A DNA stretch of 64,000 bases from Candidatus Babeliales bacterium (GTDB taxonomy: Bacteria; Babelota; Babeliae; Babelales; JACPOV01): positions 64,001 to 128,000 of the forward strand of contig JBFWNW010000003.1 of NCBI GenBank assembly GCA_050250855.1, given 5' to 3'. The notes below the pieces were generated by a model that was not told the origin of the DNA, did no database searches, and was given only the letters and a program-made list of their open reading frames with translations. A program made the translations under genes and the position numbers. Below, in pieces: positions 19,041 through 28,661 of the stretch (position 1 is the stretch's first letter; each line of letters begins with the position of its first letter).

Positions 19041-20561
19041 ATGAACCAATTTTTTAAAGCACTTCTTGGCTGTTTACTTATTGCAGGAACAGCTCAAGCC
19101 TCTCTGCCGGTTTTTGGCAAAACATTTTATCATCAACGCTCGCAAGGAGCTAATTTAGCACGCTGGCTTTCTGGGCAGGCACATCACGTACATTTGTGTG
19201 ATACTGATTGCGTTAACGGTAGCTGGTTTATAGCACCATATTATGGTCAAACATATAACGATAAAGAACTCGGTAGCTGGTTCTTCTTTAATGGCACCAA
19301 CACCATGCGCTTTGGGCCACAGGGTGTACAGGGCGTAGATGTTTTTGCGCGTAACTTCTTCTTGAATGATGACTTTGATGGTGCCGTTACCGCAAACCCT
19401 CGCGTCAAAAATTTCGTTGTTGACATCAACTTCTTCCTTGGTCTTGATGAATGGGTACGCGGTCTTTACTTCCGTATCGATGTACCGGTCAACTGGACTA
19501 GCTGGGATATGAAGTTAACACAAACAACAACAACACCTGGTACAATTATCGCAGCAAACACCTTAGGTAATGATATAGATCGCTCTTCTCCTTTGAACAA
19601 TATTATTGCCGCATGGAAAGGCGATACCTTAGCGCCAACAGATTTTCCTGATTTAAAACAAAAAATGCGTTTTGCCCGTATTGACGGCAAACAAACAAAA
19701 GCAAGCGTTGCAGATATCACCTTCATGCTTGGTTATGACATTATTTGTAATGAATGCTCGCACTGGGGTGTTTACGTTAACGTTGTTGCTCCTACTGGCA
19801 CACGCCCTGATGGCCAATTTGTCTTTGAACCTGTTGTTGGTAATGGCCGCTACGTTGAAATGGGACCTGGTACATCTGGTCATTTTGAACTATGGAATAA
19901 TGGCTGTGATCAATCATTTGGCATCTTCTTCCAGGGTTATGTTAACCATATGTTCCGCTCAAAGCAAAAACGTACGTTTGATTTAAAGCAAAATGGTATT
20001 GGTAGCCGTTACCTCTTGATTAAACGTTTTGACCCAAGCAGTGGCGATTATGCTAATGAGGTTCTTTTTGGACCAAACGTTTTAACGCGTAACTGCCGTG
20101 TAAAAAATGATATTCAAGGTGAAGGCGCCTTCATGTTTGATTATCAAAACTGCGGCTTTACCTTTGATGTTGGCTACGATATCTGGGGACGCACTAAAGA
20201 TAAAATAACTATTACGGAAACTATTCCTGCAAATACGTTTGGTGTACAGGGTACAACTTTAACGGGAAATCCTGTAGTAATAGGCAGCACGGATATGACC
20301 CAAAGCCAAGCTACTATTGCTAATCCAAATAATGGTCCTATTGATAAAGTATTTATCACTACAGAGGATCTTAATATTGAATCAGCAGAACATCCAGGCG
20401 CTGTTTCTCATAAGATCTTTACCCATATTGCTTATACATGGGAAAATTGTGATTACTTGCCTTTCATTGGCATTGGTGGTGAAGTTGAGTTTTCTGGCAG
20501 AGAAAACCGCGCTTTTGACCAATGGGGAATCTGGATTAAAGGTGGATTTACCTTCTTTTAA
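19041..20561 (+). CDS. Secreted Cys-containing putative outer-membrane beta-barrel protein
   Basis: GGGAG RBS before ATG 19041; signal peptide AQA-S; alternating aromatic strands; ends KGGFTFF. Confidence 0.7.
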   Translation: MNQFFKALLGCLLIAGTAQASLPVFGKTFYHQRSQGANLARWLSGQAHHVHLCDTDCVNGSWFIAPYYGQTYNDKELGSWFFFNGTNTMRFGPQGVQGVDVFARNFFLNDDFDGAVTANPRVKNFVVDINFFLGLDEWVRGLYFRIDVPVNWTSWDMKLTQTTTTPGTIIAANTLGNDIDRSSPLNNIIAAWKGDTLAPTDFPDLKQKMRFARIDGKQTKASVADITFMLGYDIICNECSHWGVYVNVVAPTGTRPDGQFVFEPVVGNGRYVEMGPGTSGHFELWNNGCDQSFGIFFQGYVNHMFRSKQKRTFDLKQNGIGSRYLLIKRFDPSSGDYANEVLFGPNVLTRNCRVKNDIQGEGAFMFDYQNCGFTFDVGYDIWGRTKDKITITETIPANTFGVQGTTLTGNPVVIGSTDMTQSQATIANPNNGPIDKVFITTEDLNIESAEHPGAVSHKIFTHIAYTWENCDYLPFIGIGGEVEFSGRENRAFDQWGIWIKGGFTFF

Positions 20562-20588
20562 TAGCATTTTCTAATTTCTCTCCTTTTG

Positions 20589-20614
20589 AGCCCGGTTTTA
20601 AAACCGGGCTTTTC
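20589..20614 (+). terminator. Rho-independent terminator
   Basis: AGCCCGGTTT-TA-AAACCGGGCT followed by TTT. Confidence 0.75.
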
Positions 20615-20774
20615 ATTTTACAGGTTCAAAATCATTCAATATTTTCAATATAAAATTAATTTGAAAAAACTATTGATTTTTTATTTCTATTTGTAAGAAA
20701 CTATAGATAAGAAGGTATGAAAATACCCTCTAGATAGGAATAGTGTATTATTAACCCTAAAAAAGGAGAGTCTC

Positions 20775-21098
20775 ATGAAGAAACTCATGTTAGCTCTAGC
20801 TATTTTCGCTGCTGCAGCATCTGCAGAAGCTGGTTACCGTAATTGCTACACACGTGGCACATGCAAAACATCTTGTGTTGAGCGTGTTTGTGAACCTAAA
20901 TGTTCACCTTGCAAGGTTGACAGAATTGTTGAACAACCTTGCCCTGAAGCTCCATGCTGTGTACGTTATGTTAAGGTTGAAGAACCTGCAATCATAACTA
21001 AGCACATCAGCTACTCTTGGGCATGTCCATCTGGATGTTCTGAAGAGAACAAAGCTGCTGGTATGATGAAAGCTGGCGAGCACGGTAATTTCAACTAA
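20775..21098 (+). CDS. Small secreted cysteine-rich protein
   Basis: AAGGAGAG RBS; signal peptide AEA-G; 11 Cys in an 88-aa mature part. Confidence 0.85.
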   Translation: MKKLMLALAIFAAAASAEAGYRNCYTRGTCKTSCVERVCEPKCSPCKVDRIVEQPCPEAPCCVRYVKVEEPAIITKHISYSWACPSGCSEENKAAGMMKAGEHGNFN

Positions 21099-21125
21099 GC
21101 TTCAATAGCTTACGTAGAAATACAC

Positions 21126-21159
21126 GCCTCCTGAGCTAAACTCAGGAGGCCCTTTTTTT
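21126..21159 (+). terminator. Rho-independent terminator
   Basis: GCCTCCTGAG-CTAAA-CTCAGGAGGC then CC and T7. Confidence 0.85.
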
Positions 21160-21214
21160 GTCTAAAAATTCCCTCACACCCCCCCTTCTCCCCCCACCTG
21201 GAGCCCAAATCCGA

Positions 21215-21242
21215 TTGACAAACTGCAATTTTAGTTTAAACT
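21215..21242 (+). promoter_or_regulatory. Putative sigma70 promoter of the peptidase cluster
   Basis: TTGACA-N16-TAAACT. Confidence 0.55.
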
Positions 21243-21264
21243 AGTCTTTAAGATAGCGTTTTAC

Positions 21265-21288
21265 GTATACCTGTATACCTGTATACCT
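21265..21288 (+). repeat. Tandem repeat (GTATACCT)x3
   Basis: Three exact 8-bp copies between the promoter and the RBS. Confidence 0.9.
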
Positions 21289-21318
21289 GAAATGACTATT
21301 TAAAATGGAGGAAAGACT

Positions 21319-22080
21319 ATGAATACAACTAAAAAATACTATGGTATAGCCTTAATAGCCACGGTGGCTCTGGGTGCTCTAATAAGTTTCAAATATCCCT
21401 TTTTTAACAAAAATACCCCAAAAACACATAATTTAGGGGCTACACAAAGCTTTTTTAAAGAAAAAATTGCTCAGGAAGAGAAAGAGCTTATAAATCGCCT
21501 AAAAGCCGAACTTGGCGTTGATTTAAGCTTAACAACACCGTCTCAAGACCATTGGCTAGGAAGCCCTACCAAGGCTCAAGGGACAGAAGATATTTACCAA
21601 CTCGTTTTTGATGTAGCACAAAAATACAATTTTAATGCTGATAAGCTTTCTATTGTCTTGCAACATAGTGACCAGGGGTCACCGGCAAGTACAAATAGTG
21701 CAGGCCAGCTTCTTATTGAAATGAACATCTTCCCGACACTACCCGTAAGCGTACAGCGCTTTATTATAGCGCATGAGCTCCATCATATTTTGCATAATGA
21801 TTTTGAGGAAACAAGAGCACTTAATAAAACATTAAATCAAAAGCATGTGTCAGGAAAAGCTCAAGCTCTTCTTGACGAATATGGTCGCTTTCAAGAAAAA
21901 CGTGCTGACGTTGCCGCTGCACTTCGTGGCGCTGAATGGGCACAAGGTTATCTAGATTTTGCTCATGAAGGTATTAAACGCTGTGCTCAGGATCCTGGCA
22001 TTAGTCACCCGACGTATAAAGAGCGTGCCGCACTAGCACAAACTATTATTGACCATATGCACGGTCTGCAAACAGTATAA
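21319..22080 (+). CDS. Membrane-anchored M48-like zinc metallopeptidase
   Basis: N-terminal TM; HELHH, EKRAD, SHP..KER motifs. Confidence 0.8.
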   Translation: MNTTKKYYGIALIATVALGALISFKYPFFNKNTPKTHNLGATQSFFKEKIAQEEKELINRLKAELGVDLSLTTPSQDHWLGSPTKAQGTEDIYQLVFDVAQKYNFNADKLSIVLQHSDQGSPASTNSAGQLLIEMNIFPTLPVSVQRFIIAHELHHILHNDFEETRALNKTLNQKHVSGKAQALLDEYGRFQEKRADVAAALRGAEWAQGYLDFAHEGIKRCAQDPGISHPTYKERAALAQTIIDHMHGLQTV

Positions 22081-22097
22081 AACATATGGAGGTTATT

Positions 22098-22865
22098 ATG
22101 AATAAAAAATTACTTATAACTATAGCAACTATTACCGCATTACTCACTGTTTTCTGGTACTTTAAAAAACCAGGTGCTCGCTTGAGTATTCAACAAGCTC
22201 AGACGGCTACACAACCAATTTGTGCAAACCTTAACAAGCTTGAAGAAGAAGTATGGCAAGCTCTTTCTTCTGAAAAGAAGATAACAAAAGAGCAGGTTGA
22301 AGAAATGCGCCAAAAAAAGTATAGCGAATATAAAAAAGATCATACAAGGCCAGATAATGGGTTAACGCTATCTTCAGCGACCATTAGTTTTGTTCATAAT
22401 ATTATGGATGAATTCGGTGTAGATAAAAAAGAAATAATCCTTATTGCACAACCTTCAATGGTAGGTGCAGCACAGGTAATTGATGACTTTCACATGGAAG
22501 TTAATGAAAAAAATCTTGCTAAATTTTCACCTGAAGCTCAAGCGTTTATTATAGGCCACGAATTACAACATATTATCTTTAAAGATCACTCAACAGCCTA
22601 TTTTATACGTACCTTGCTACCAGAGCCAGAAAAATATGAGCCTCTGTTTGCGCGTGAACATCCTATGATGCAGTTTTATCGCTTCAGAGAAGAACGCGCC
22701 GATGTTATGGCTGCAACACGCAATGATATATGGGCACACAACTATGCCATATATGCACAAGAAAACCTTGCACTACGTGGTGATGCTGCCGTTGACTGGC
22801 ACGTTAGAAGTTCAAAACGTGTAGTATTGGCACAAGAAATTAATAATGCTCTGCAAACAGCATAA
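22098..22865 (+). CDS. Membrane-anchored M48-like zinc metallopeptidase
   Basis: HELQH, EERAD; GGAGG RBS before ATG 22098. Confidence 0.8.
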   Translation: MNKKLLITIATITALLTVFWYFKKPGARLSIQQAQTATQPICANLNKLEEEVWQALSSEKKITKEQVEEMRQKKYSEYKKDHTRPDNGLTLSSATISFVHNIMDEFGVDKKEIILIAQPSMVGAAQVIDDFHMEVNEKNLAKFSPEAQAFIIGHELQHIIFKDHSTAYFIRTLLPEPEKYEPLFAREHPMMQFYRFREERADVMAATRNDIWAHNYAIYAQENLALRGDAAVDWHVRSSKRVVLAQEINNALQTA

Positions 22866-22879
22866 TGGAGAAAAACAGT

Positions 22880-23080
22880 ATGAAAAAACAAATTAAACTT
22901 TTTGGTGTATTTATCCCTCTTTTTGTAGTGGCAGGAATATTACTTATACAAAGTTTTACTCATCACTTACAAAAGGTAGGAATAAAACAACAAGAACAAA
23001 AAGAACAAACAAAAGAAATAGAAACTGATAAAAAACAAAATGGAGAAAACAATGAAAACACTATTCAAAAAGAATCGTAA
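22880..23080 (+). CDS. Small single-TM protein
   Basis: GGAG RBS; basic N-terminus, TM helix, charged tail. Confidence 0.5.
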   Translation: MKKQIKLFGVFIPLFVVAGILLIQSFTHHLQKVGIKQQEQKEQTKEIETDKKQNGENNENTIQKES

Positions 23081-23849
23081 ACACTTAGCATTAGCTCTTC
23101 TTGCACTTGTTGCAACGTTTGGTGCATACCGTTTTTACCAAGGGTTAACACAACAACAAGCAATTTATGAAGCACATGGTTCAAAACTTTCTGCAAAAGA
23201 ATATTTTGGACAATTGCTTACACAAGAACTTGATTGTGTATGGAAAGCTTTTGAAAAAATAGGTATTACTAAAAAACGTTATGAAGATGCAAAAAATAAT
23301 TACCGCAACCAGTATCTTCGCTCAGATTTTCCCGGTGGTTCTATTCAAGTATCAGACCAAACAAAACAGTTTGTTAATGGTATCTTAAAAGAACTTGGCG
23401 TAGATCCAGCAACTATAACTATTACAGGATGGGATGATATTTCACCTGCGGCAGCAACTGAACATATTATTTATATTAATGAAAAAGAATTTAGTAATTA
23501 TTCATTGCCTGCACGCCGTTTTATTATCGGCCACGAGATTCAGCATATCTTGCATAAAGATAACTGGTCACGCTATTCACTTGAATTACTATGTAACAAC
23601 GAAGTAGAAAAAATGGCTGGCAAAAAAGATCATCCATTGTGCCAATACAGTCGTTTTAAAGAAAAACGTGCTGACGTTACTATGGCAACAACAAGTAAGG
23701 AATGGGCTGAAGGTTACTTAGCTTTTGCCAAAGAATGGCATAAACGCGCAGGAGATAATCCTGGTGTAACTCACCCGCTTAATAAAGATCGTGTTGCTTT
23801 AGCACAAGATATTGTTACGCATATGAAAAGATCTGTACAAAGCGCGTAA
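23052..23849 (+). CDS. Membrane-anchored M48-like zinc metallopeptidase
   Basis: HEIQH, EKRAD, THP..KDR motifs. Confidence 0.8.
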   Translation: MKTLFKKNRKHLALALLALVATFGAYRFYQGLTQQQAIYEAHGSKLSAKEYFGQLLTQELDCVWKAFEKIGITKKRYEDAKNNYRNQYLRSDFPGGSIQVSDQTKQFVNGILKELGVDPATITITGWDDISPAAATEHIIYINEKEFSNYSLPARRFIIGHEIQHILHKDNWSRYSLELLCNNEVEKMAGKKDHPLCQYSRFKEKRADVTMATTSKEWAEGYLAFAKEWHKRAGDNPGVTHPLNKDRVALAQDIVTHMKRSVQSA

Positions 23850-23854
23850 AAGAT

Positions 23855-24100
23855 TTATTTAGTTCTTAATGCATGAATAGCTTCAACAGCATCCCTGATT
23901 GAAGCTATTTTTGCTGCTTTATCATCAGGAATTTCAATACCAAATTCTTCTTCTATCTTAATAATAACTTCCATAACTTCTACAGAATCTATTCCTAGCT
24001 GTTCAAAAGTCATAGTTGGCTGAATATCTTTTTTATCAATCTTAACGGTTTGGGCAATAAGGGAAATTACTTTATCTTGCGTATCATTTTGTTCAAACAT
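23855..24100 (-). CDS. acpP: Acyl carrier protein
   Basis: LGIDSVEVME..IEEEFGIEIPD motif with attachment Ser. Confidence 0.92.
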   Translation of the reverse strand: MFEQNDTQDKVISLIAQTVKIDKKDIQPTMTFEQLGIDSVEVMEVIIKIEEEFGIEIPDDKAAKIASIRDAVEAIHALRTK

Positions 24101-24120
24101 ACTATCTTTAAACTCCGCTG

Positions 24121-25071
24121 CTATTCATTTTTTGTTTCTATACTTTGTGGCAAAACTATTTTTTTAAGTACATCAAGATCAACCGGCTTATTTACGGCAA
24201 TAATTTTTTTATCAGGATATCGTTCAGCAAGGCCACGACTTAAGGTACTGCCCGGACCAACTTCAATAATAATATCGTATTTGCCCAGCTGATCAATAAC
24301 ACTATTCCAGTAAAGCGTTTGTTGAATTCTTTGCATACTGTATTCTTTGACAACATCTCCCTTACTTATCATTTTACCCGTAAGGCTACTAATAAGAGGT
24401 ACTGACAAATCATGAAAATCTATTTTCTCTAAATAAGCTCTCAACTGATCAATAACAGGATCCATTAAAGAAGAATGCAATCCTGCGCCAAGAGGCATCT
24501 CTTTTACTTTTGCACCCTCATCTGTCAGCGCCGTTTGGCAGCGCTCTACTGCGGCAGACGGTCCTGTAAGAATACCTTCTGCATCAGATATACGTATCGC
24601 TACAGAACATCCTTGATCACGCTTAGCTGTTTTTTCAATAATTTTTTCAACACGATCTAATGCGAGCTTAGTAACTTTAATAATGCGCACATCAGCGTTT
24701 GTAAGAAATTCCTGATAAAATTGTGCATACTTTGATAAAAAATAAAGACCATCAGGAAGATTAAGGCCACCAGTTGAAGATAAAGCGCTGTATTCCCCCA
24801 AGCCAAATCCTGCAACAACTTCAGGCACAATACCTTCTTGTTTAAGATATGCTGCTATAGAAAAACTTACTAAGAAAATAGCTTCATAAGCATTATCAAT
24901 TCTACTTAAATCTTGTTCAGATGAAGCAAAACACAACTTTACAAAATTAACATTCAGGCAGTTTGAAGCTTCTTCAAAATATTCTTGTATAAGCCTTGAT
25001 TCATCGTAAAGCTCTTTTGCCATTCCTACAAACTGACTACCGTATCCCGGAAATACCATAGCTATCTTCAT
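24121..25071 (-). CDS. fabD: Malonyl-CoA:ACP transacylase homologue lacking the catalytic Ser
   Basis: FPGYGSQFVGM, GLHS..M, IEVGPG; active site reads GFGLGEY. Confidence 0.85.
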   Translation of the reverse strand: MKIAMVFPGYGSQFVGMAKELYDESRLIQEYFEEASNCLNVNFVKLCFASSEQDLSRIDNAYEAIFLVSFSIAAYLKQEGIVPEVVAGFGLGEYSALSSTGGLNLPDGLYFLSKYAQFYQEFLTNADVRIIKVTKLALDRVEKIIEKTAKRDQGCSVAIRISDAEGILTGPSAAVERCQTALTDEGAKVKEMPLGAGLHSSLMDPVIDQLRAYLEKIDFHDLSVPLISSLTGKMISKGDVVKEYSMQRIQQTLYWNSVIDQLGKYDIIIEVGPGSTLSRGLAERYPDKKIIAVNKPVDLDVLKKIVLPQSIETKNE

Positions 25072-25078
25072 ACTACCC

Positions 25079-26482
25079 TCATCTGGTATTTTTTTGGTCA
25101 TTATACGTTACTAAAAACTGTTTAATACGGCTTATACTTTCAGTTTTACCAAGAACTTCTAATAATTCAAAAACTCCCGGTCCATTCGTGCTGCCAATTA
25201 ATGCTAAGCGTATTGGTTGTGCACAAGTAACAAATTTTAAACCTTTTTGCTTTACATATGATTTTACAAAATCTGTTACACTCGAAAGAGAAAAATCCTG
25301 ACATGAATCTAATAATGCCATTATTTCTTTTAACGTATGCAAGGCTTCTGGAGTTGCCCATTGTGCAAGCTCTTGTTCTGTTGGCTGAGTGCTTTTATCA
25401 TGCACTGCTTGCAGATCATCAACAAGTTGTCGTAATGTTTTTACCCGTTCTTTATAGAGCCCTATAAATGCTCTAATCTGTTCTTCCGACCATAAACCAA
25501 GCAGATCAAAAAGATTATGCTGAACATCTTGGACTGTGCAATGTAATAATTTTTCATTATTGGTTTCTTTTATATAGTGACTGTTAATCCAATCAAGCTT
25601 AGCCTGATCAAAAATCGCACCACTTTTACCAACATGATCTAAAGAAAAAAGTTCAATCATTTGTTCTCGGGTGAAAATTTCTTGATCACCATGTGACCAG
25701 CCAAGACGTACTAAATAGTTACAAAATGCATCAGACAAATATCCTGCTTTTTTATATTCTAAAACAGAGGTTGCTGCATCACGCTTACTTAATCGTTGAC
25801 CAGAAGACCCGAGAATAAGGGGAATGTGCGCAAATTGTGGCGCAGTAAAGCCAAGAGCTTCATATAAAATACATTGTTTTGGCGTATTAGAAATATGATC
25901 TTCACCGCGAATAACATGCGTAATATGCATTAATGCATCGTCAATAACAACCACAAAATTATATATGGGCATACCGTCTGAACGCGCAATAATAAAATCA
26001 TCAAATTGATCTGAGGGAAAGGTAATAGTGCCACGAACCAAATCATGAAATGAAATGGTTGCACGCTCTAAAGGAAATTTTATACGAATCACATGCGGCT
26101 TCTTTAGATCTTCATCGGTTACCTGACGCGATCTACAAGCACCATCATATTTATAAAACTCATCACCCTCTGATGCAGCACAAAAACAACGATAAGCCTT
26201 TTTTTCATCAAGAAGCTTTTTTATATATTTTTCATATTCAAACATACGTTCTGTCTGAAACACTAACGGTTCATCAGAACGAATACCCGCCCATTCAAGT
26301 GAAGCAAGTTGTGATGCTACAAAATCTTTATGCGATCGCTCTCTATCAGTATCTTCTACACGAATAATAAAAGTACCTTTATTATGTCGTGCAAAAAGTA
26401 CATTAAAAAGAGCAGTACGCAATCCACCTATATGCAAATGTCCTGTAGGAGATGGCGCAAAGCGTACGCGAACAGTATTCAC
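25079..26482 (-). CDS. gltX: Glutamate--tRNA ligase
   Basis: RFAPSPTGHLHIGG, RGEDH, LSKR motifs. Confidence 0.97.
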   Translation of the reverse strand: MNTVRVRFAPSPTGHLHIGGLRTALFNVLFARHNKGTFIIRVEDTDRERSHKDFVASQLASLEWAGIRSDEPLVFQTERMFEYEKYIKKLLDEKKAYRCFCAASEGDEFYKYDGACRSRQVTDEDLKKPHVIRIKFPLERATISFHDLVRGTITFPSDQFDDFIIARSDGMPIYNFVVVIDDALMHITHVIRGEDHISNTPKQCILYEALGFTAPQFAHIPLILGSSGQRLSKRDAATSVLEYKKAGYLSDAFCNYLVRLGWSHGDQEIFTREQMIELFSLDHVGKSGAIFDQAKLDWINSHYIKETNNEKLLHCTVQDVQHNLFDLLGLWSEEQIRAFIGLYKERVKTLRQLVDDLQAVHDKSTQPTEQELAQWATPEALHTLKEIMALLDSCQDFSLSSVTDFVKSYVKQKGLKFVTCAQPIRLALIGSTNGPGVFELLEVLGKTESISRIKQFLVTYNDQKNTR

Positions 26483-26497
26483 TGATAATTTCCTTGC

Positions 26498-27157
26498 TTA
26501 CTTAAGATGTTGTTCTGCCAGTCCAGACCATACTGAACGATCTTCTTTATTATCTTTGCTTCCTTGCTCAATAAGTGGCTGCCAAAGAGATTCTGCTTCC
26601 TTTTTTTGTCCTTTACCAAAATAATAAAGTCCAAGATAATAACGGGCTTGATCCTGGTTTGCACCTTCTTGATCTGCATATTTTTGTAATAATGCTAAGC
26701 CATCTTTTTGCACAGCTTCATTATCATCTGCAAGAAGCATACGTGCATATTTAATACTATAAAGAGGATAGAGAGGAGAGTGTGAAGATAGTTTTTCAAG
26801 CATAGTTTTCATAACAGCATATGCTTCTTCTTTTTTATCTTGCTCTAACAGGGCATCTGCCTGCAATCCCAAAAAGAATGGCGCTATTGATGCTGAGGAA
26901 TATTGGCGATAACCTGTTTTTGCACCAACTTCTACATCTTGCCACAAATCAGCATTTTCATACGCGTGTTTATGTTCTGAAAGCACTTCAGACAATGCCT
27001 GCAATGCATTTTGATTGCGAATTGCTTGTCCTTGATACCAATAGATAAAACCACCAAATCCAATGGCAGCAAATCCTAAAACACCCATAATATAATTTTT
27101 ATACGTAACAATAAAATCTTGAAAATCTAAGAAAAAATCACGATTTTGTATATTCAT
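26498..27157 (-). CDS. YfgM-like single-TM TPR protein
   Basis: N-terminal TM then TPR-like helices; AAGGA before ATG 27157. Confidence 0.6.
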   Translation of the reverse strand: MNIQNRDFFLDFQDFIVTYKNYIMGVLGFAAIGFGGFIYWYQGQAIRNQNALQALSEVLSEHKHAYENADLWQDVEVGAKTGYRQYSSASIAPFFLGLQADALLEQDKKEEAYAVMKTMLEKLSSHSPLYPLYSIKYARMLLADDNEAVQKDGLALLQKYADQEGANQDQARYYLGLYYFGKGQKKEAESLWQPLIEQGSKDNKEDRSVWSGLAEQHLK

Positions 27158-27226
27158 GTACATCATCCTTGTTAAAGTTACAGCTCTGTGCAAAAACTAT
27201 CATACCTTACAAAAACTCTCAAGCTT

Positions 27227-28273
27227 CTAAATTGACGCGCTTTTAAGTTCCTGCTCTGAACCTTTCAGCAATAAACCATGTTCTTCAAGTAAGGCAACCA
27301 CGCGCTTATTATACTCTTCATAAAAATTGCTTGAACCTACTGAATGAGCAAAATGAATAGCATCTTCTATAGCTTGTGCATTAGAAGAACCATGTGCAAT
27401 AATTAACGGTTTTTTAAGGCCTAACAATAAAGCACCGCCACGCTGTGTTTTTTTTATATTTTTTTTCAATCTTCTAAAAATAGGAGCACCAAAAAGACCA
27501 ACGCAACGGCCTAGAAATGATTTATTACCTTCATCTTTCAGCCATTGTGTAACAACTTGTACCGTTGCTTCCATAGATTTCAGCATTATATTACCAGAAA
27601 AGCCATCACATACCACAACGTCAGCAGCACCATGCAAAACATCTTGCGGCTCACAATTGCCAATAAAATGTAATGAACTTTTAGTAAGTAATTCATACGT
27701 TTGTTGAACAAGCTTACTTCCTTTTCCTGCTTCTGCTCCATTTGAAAGAAGCCCTATTCTTGGCTGCGCAATATTTTTGGTAAGTTGTACATAAGCAGAA
27801 CCCATTAAAGCAAACTGCTGCAAAAACTCCGGTCTACAATCAGCATTCGCGCCTAAATCGGTACAAAAAACTGAGTCTCGCTGCGTAGGCAAAAAGCCTC
27901 CTATAGCGGGACGCAAAACGTTTGGAAGTTTTCCTATTACGACCATTCCTGCAACAAGACAGGCTCCTGAATTACCCGCAGAAACAACAGCACGAGCTTT
28001 CCCAATAGCAACCCATTCCATGGCCTGTATTAAAGAAGAATCTTTTTTTCGAACCGATTTTACTGGTTCATCATCCATAGTGATAACTTGAGAACAATGA
28101 ATAAAAGAAATTGGCAACGAACGCCAATCTGCGCAAAGAGAATGTAAATGAGACTCTATAAGCGTTTCATCGCCAAAGAGGCATACTTTGATCCCGGTTC
28201 GGGCCGCTAAATAAGCACCTTCAATAATAGCATGGGGGGCATAGTCGCCCCCCATAGCGTCAATAGCTATCAT
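27227..28273 (-). CDS. plsX: Phosphate acyltransferase PlsX
   Basis: IAIDAMGGDYAP, VSAGNSGA, DLGAN, CDGFSGN, HGSS. Confidence 0.96.
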   Translation of the reverse strand: MIAIDAMGGDYAPHAIIEGAYLAARTGIKVCLFGDETLIESHLHSLCADWRSLPISFIHCSQVITMDDEPVKSVRKKDSSLIQAMEWVAIGKARAVVSAGNSGACLVAGMVVIGKLPNVLRPAIGGFLPTQRDSVFCTDLGANADCRPEFLQQFALMGSAYVQLTKNIAQPRIGLLSNGAEAGKGSKLVQQTYELLTKSSLHFIGNCEPQDVLHGAADVVVCDGFSGNIMLKSMEATVQVVTQWLKDEGNKSFLGRCVGLFGAPIFRRLKKNIKKTQRGGALLLGLKKPLIIAHGSSNAQAIEDAIHFAHSVGSSNFYEEYNKRVVALLEEHGLLLKGSEQELKSASI

Positions 28274-28288
28274 ATAACCTTTTGAACC

Positions 28289-28546
28289 TTACTCTTGAGT
28301 TTCTTGAGTAGGTTGCTTTGCTGCTTTCACTTTTTTTAATTCTTCGCGTTTTTGGCCACGATCAGCTTTAGTAGCTATAACTTTTGCACCTTTGTAAAAG
28401 CCACATTTTTTACATGCTTGATGAGGTAATAAAGGAAACCCACACTCTTCCTGCGCACAGCGAGCAATAGATGTTTCTTTAATTCCCTTATTTGCAAATC
28501 GTTTATCTCTACGCGATCTGGATCGTTTTCGTTTAGGTACTGGCAT
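28289..28546 (-). CDS. rpmF: 50S ribosomal protein L32
   Basis: MPVPKRKRSRSRRDKR...PHQAC..CG.YKG; upstream of plsX. Confidence 0.93.
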   Translation of the reverse strand: MPVPKRKRSRSRRDKRFANKGIKETSIARCAQEECGFPLLPHQACKKCGFYKGAKVIATKADRGQKREELKKVKAAKQPTQETQE

Positions 28547-28661
28547 CGTAAATCTCCGATAAAAAGAAGTATGGCGACAAGCGCCATGTAAATTCGTCAA
28601 ATAGCTTTATCTATAGCAATTTTATTAAAAATTAAGGAAAAAAGCAAAAAAAGATATAAAC

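Noticed and set aside
22060..22080. C-terminal QTV as a class I PDZ ligand
   Set aside because: Class I needs S/T at position -2; here S/T is at -1
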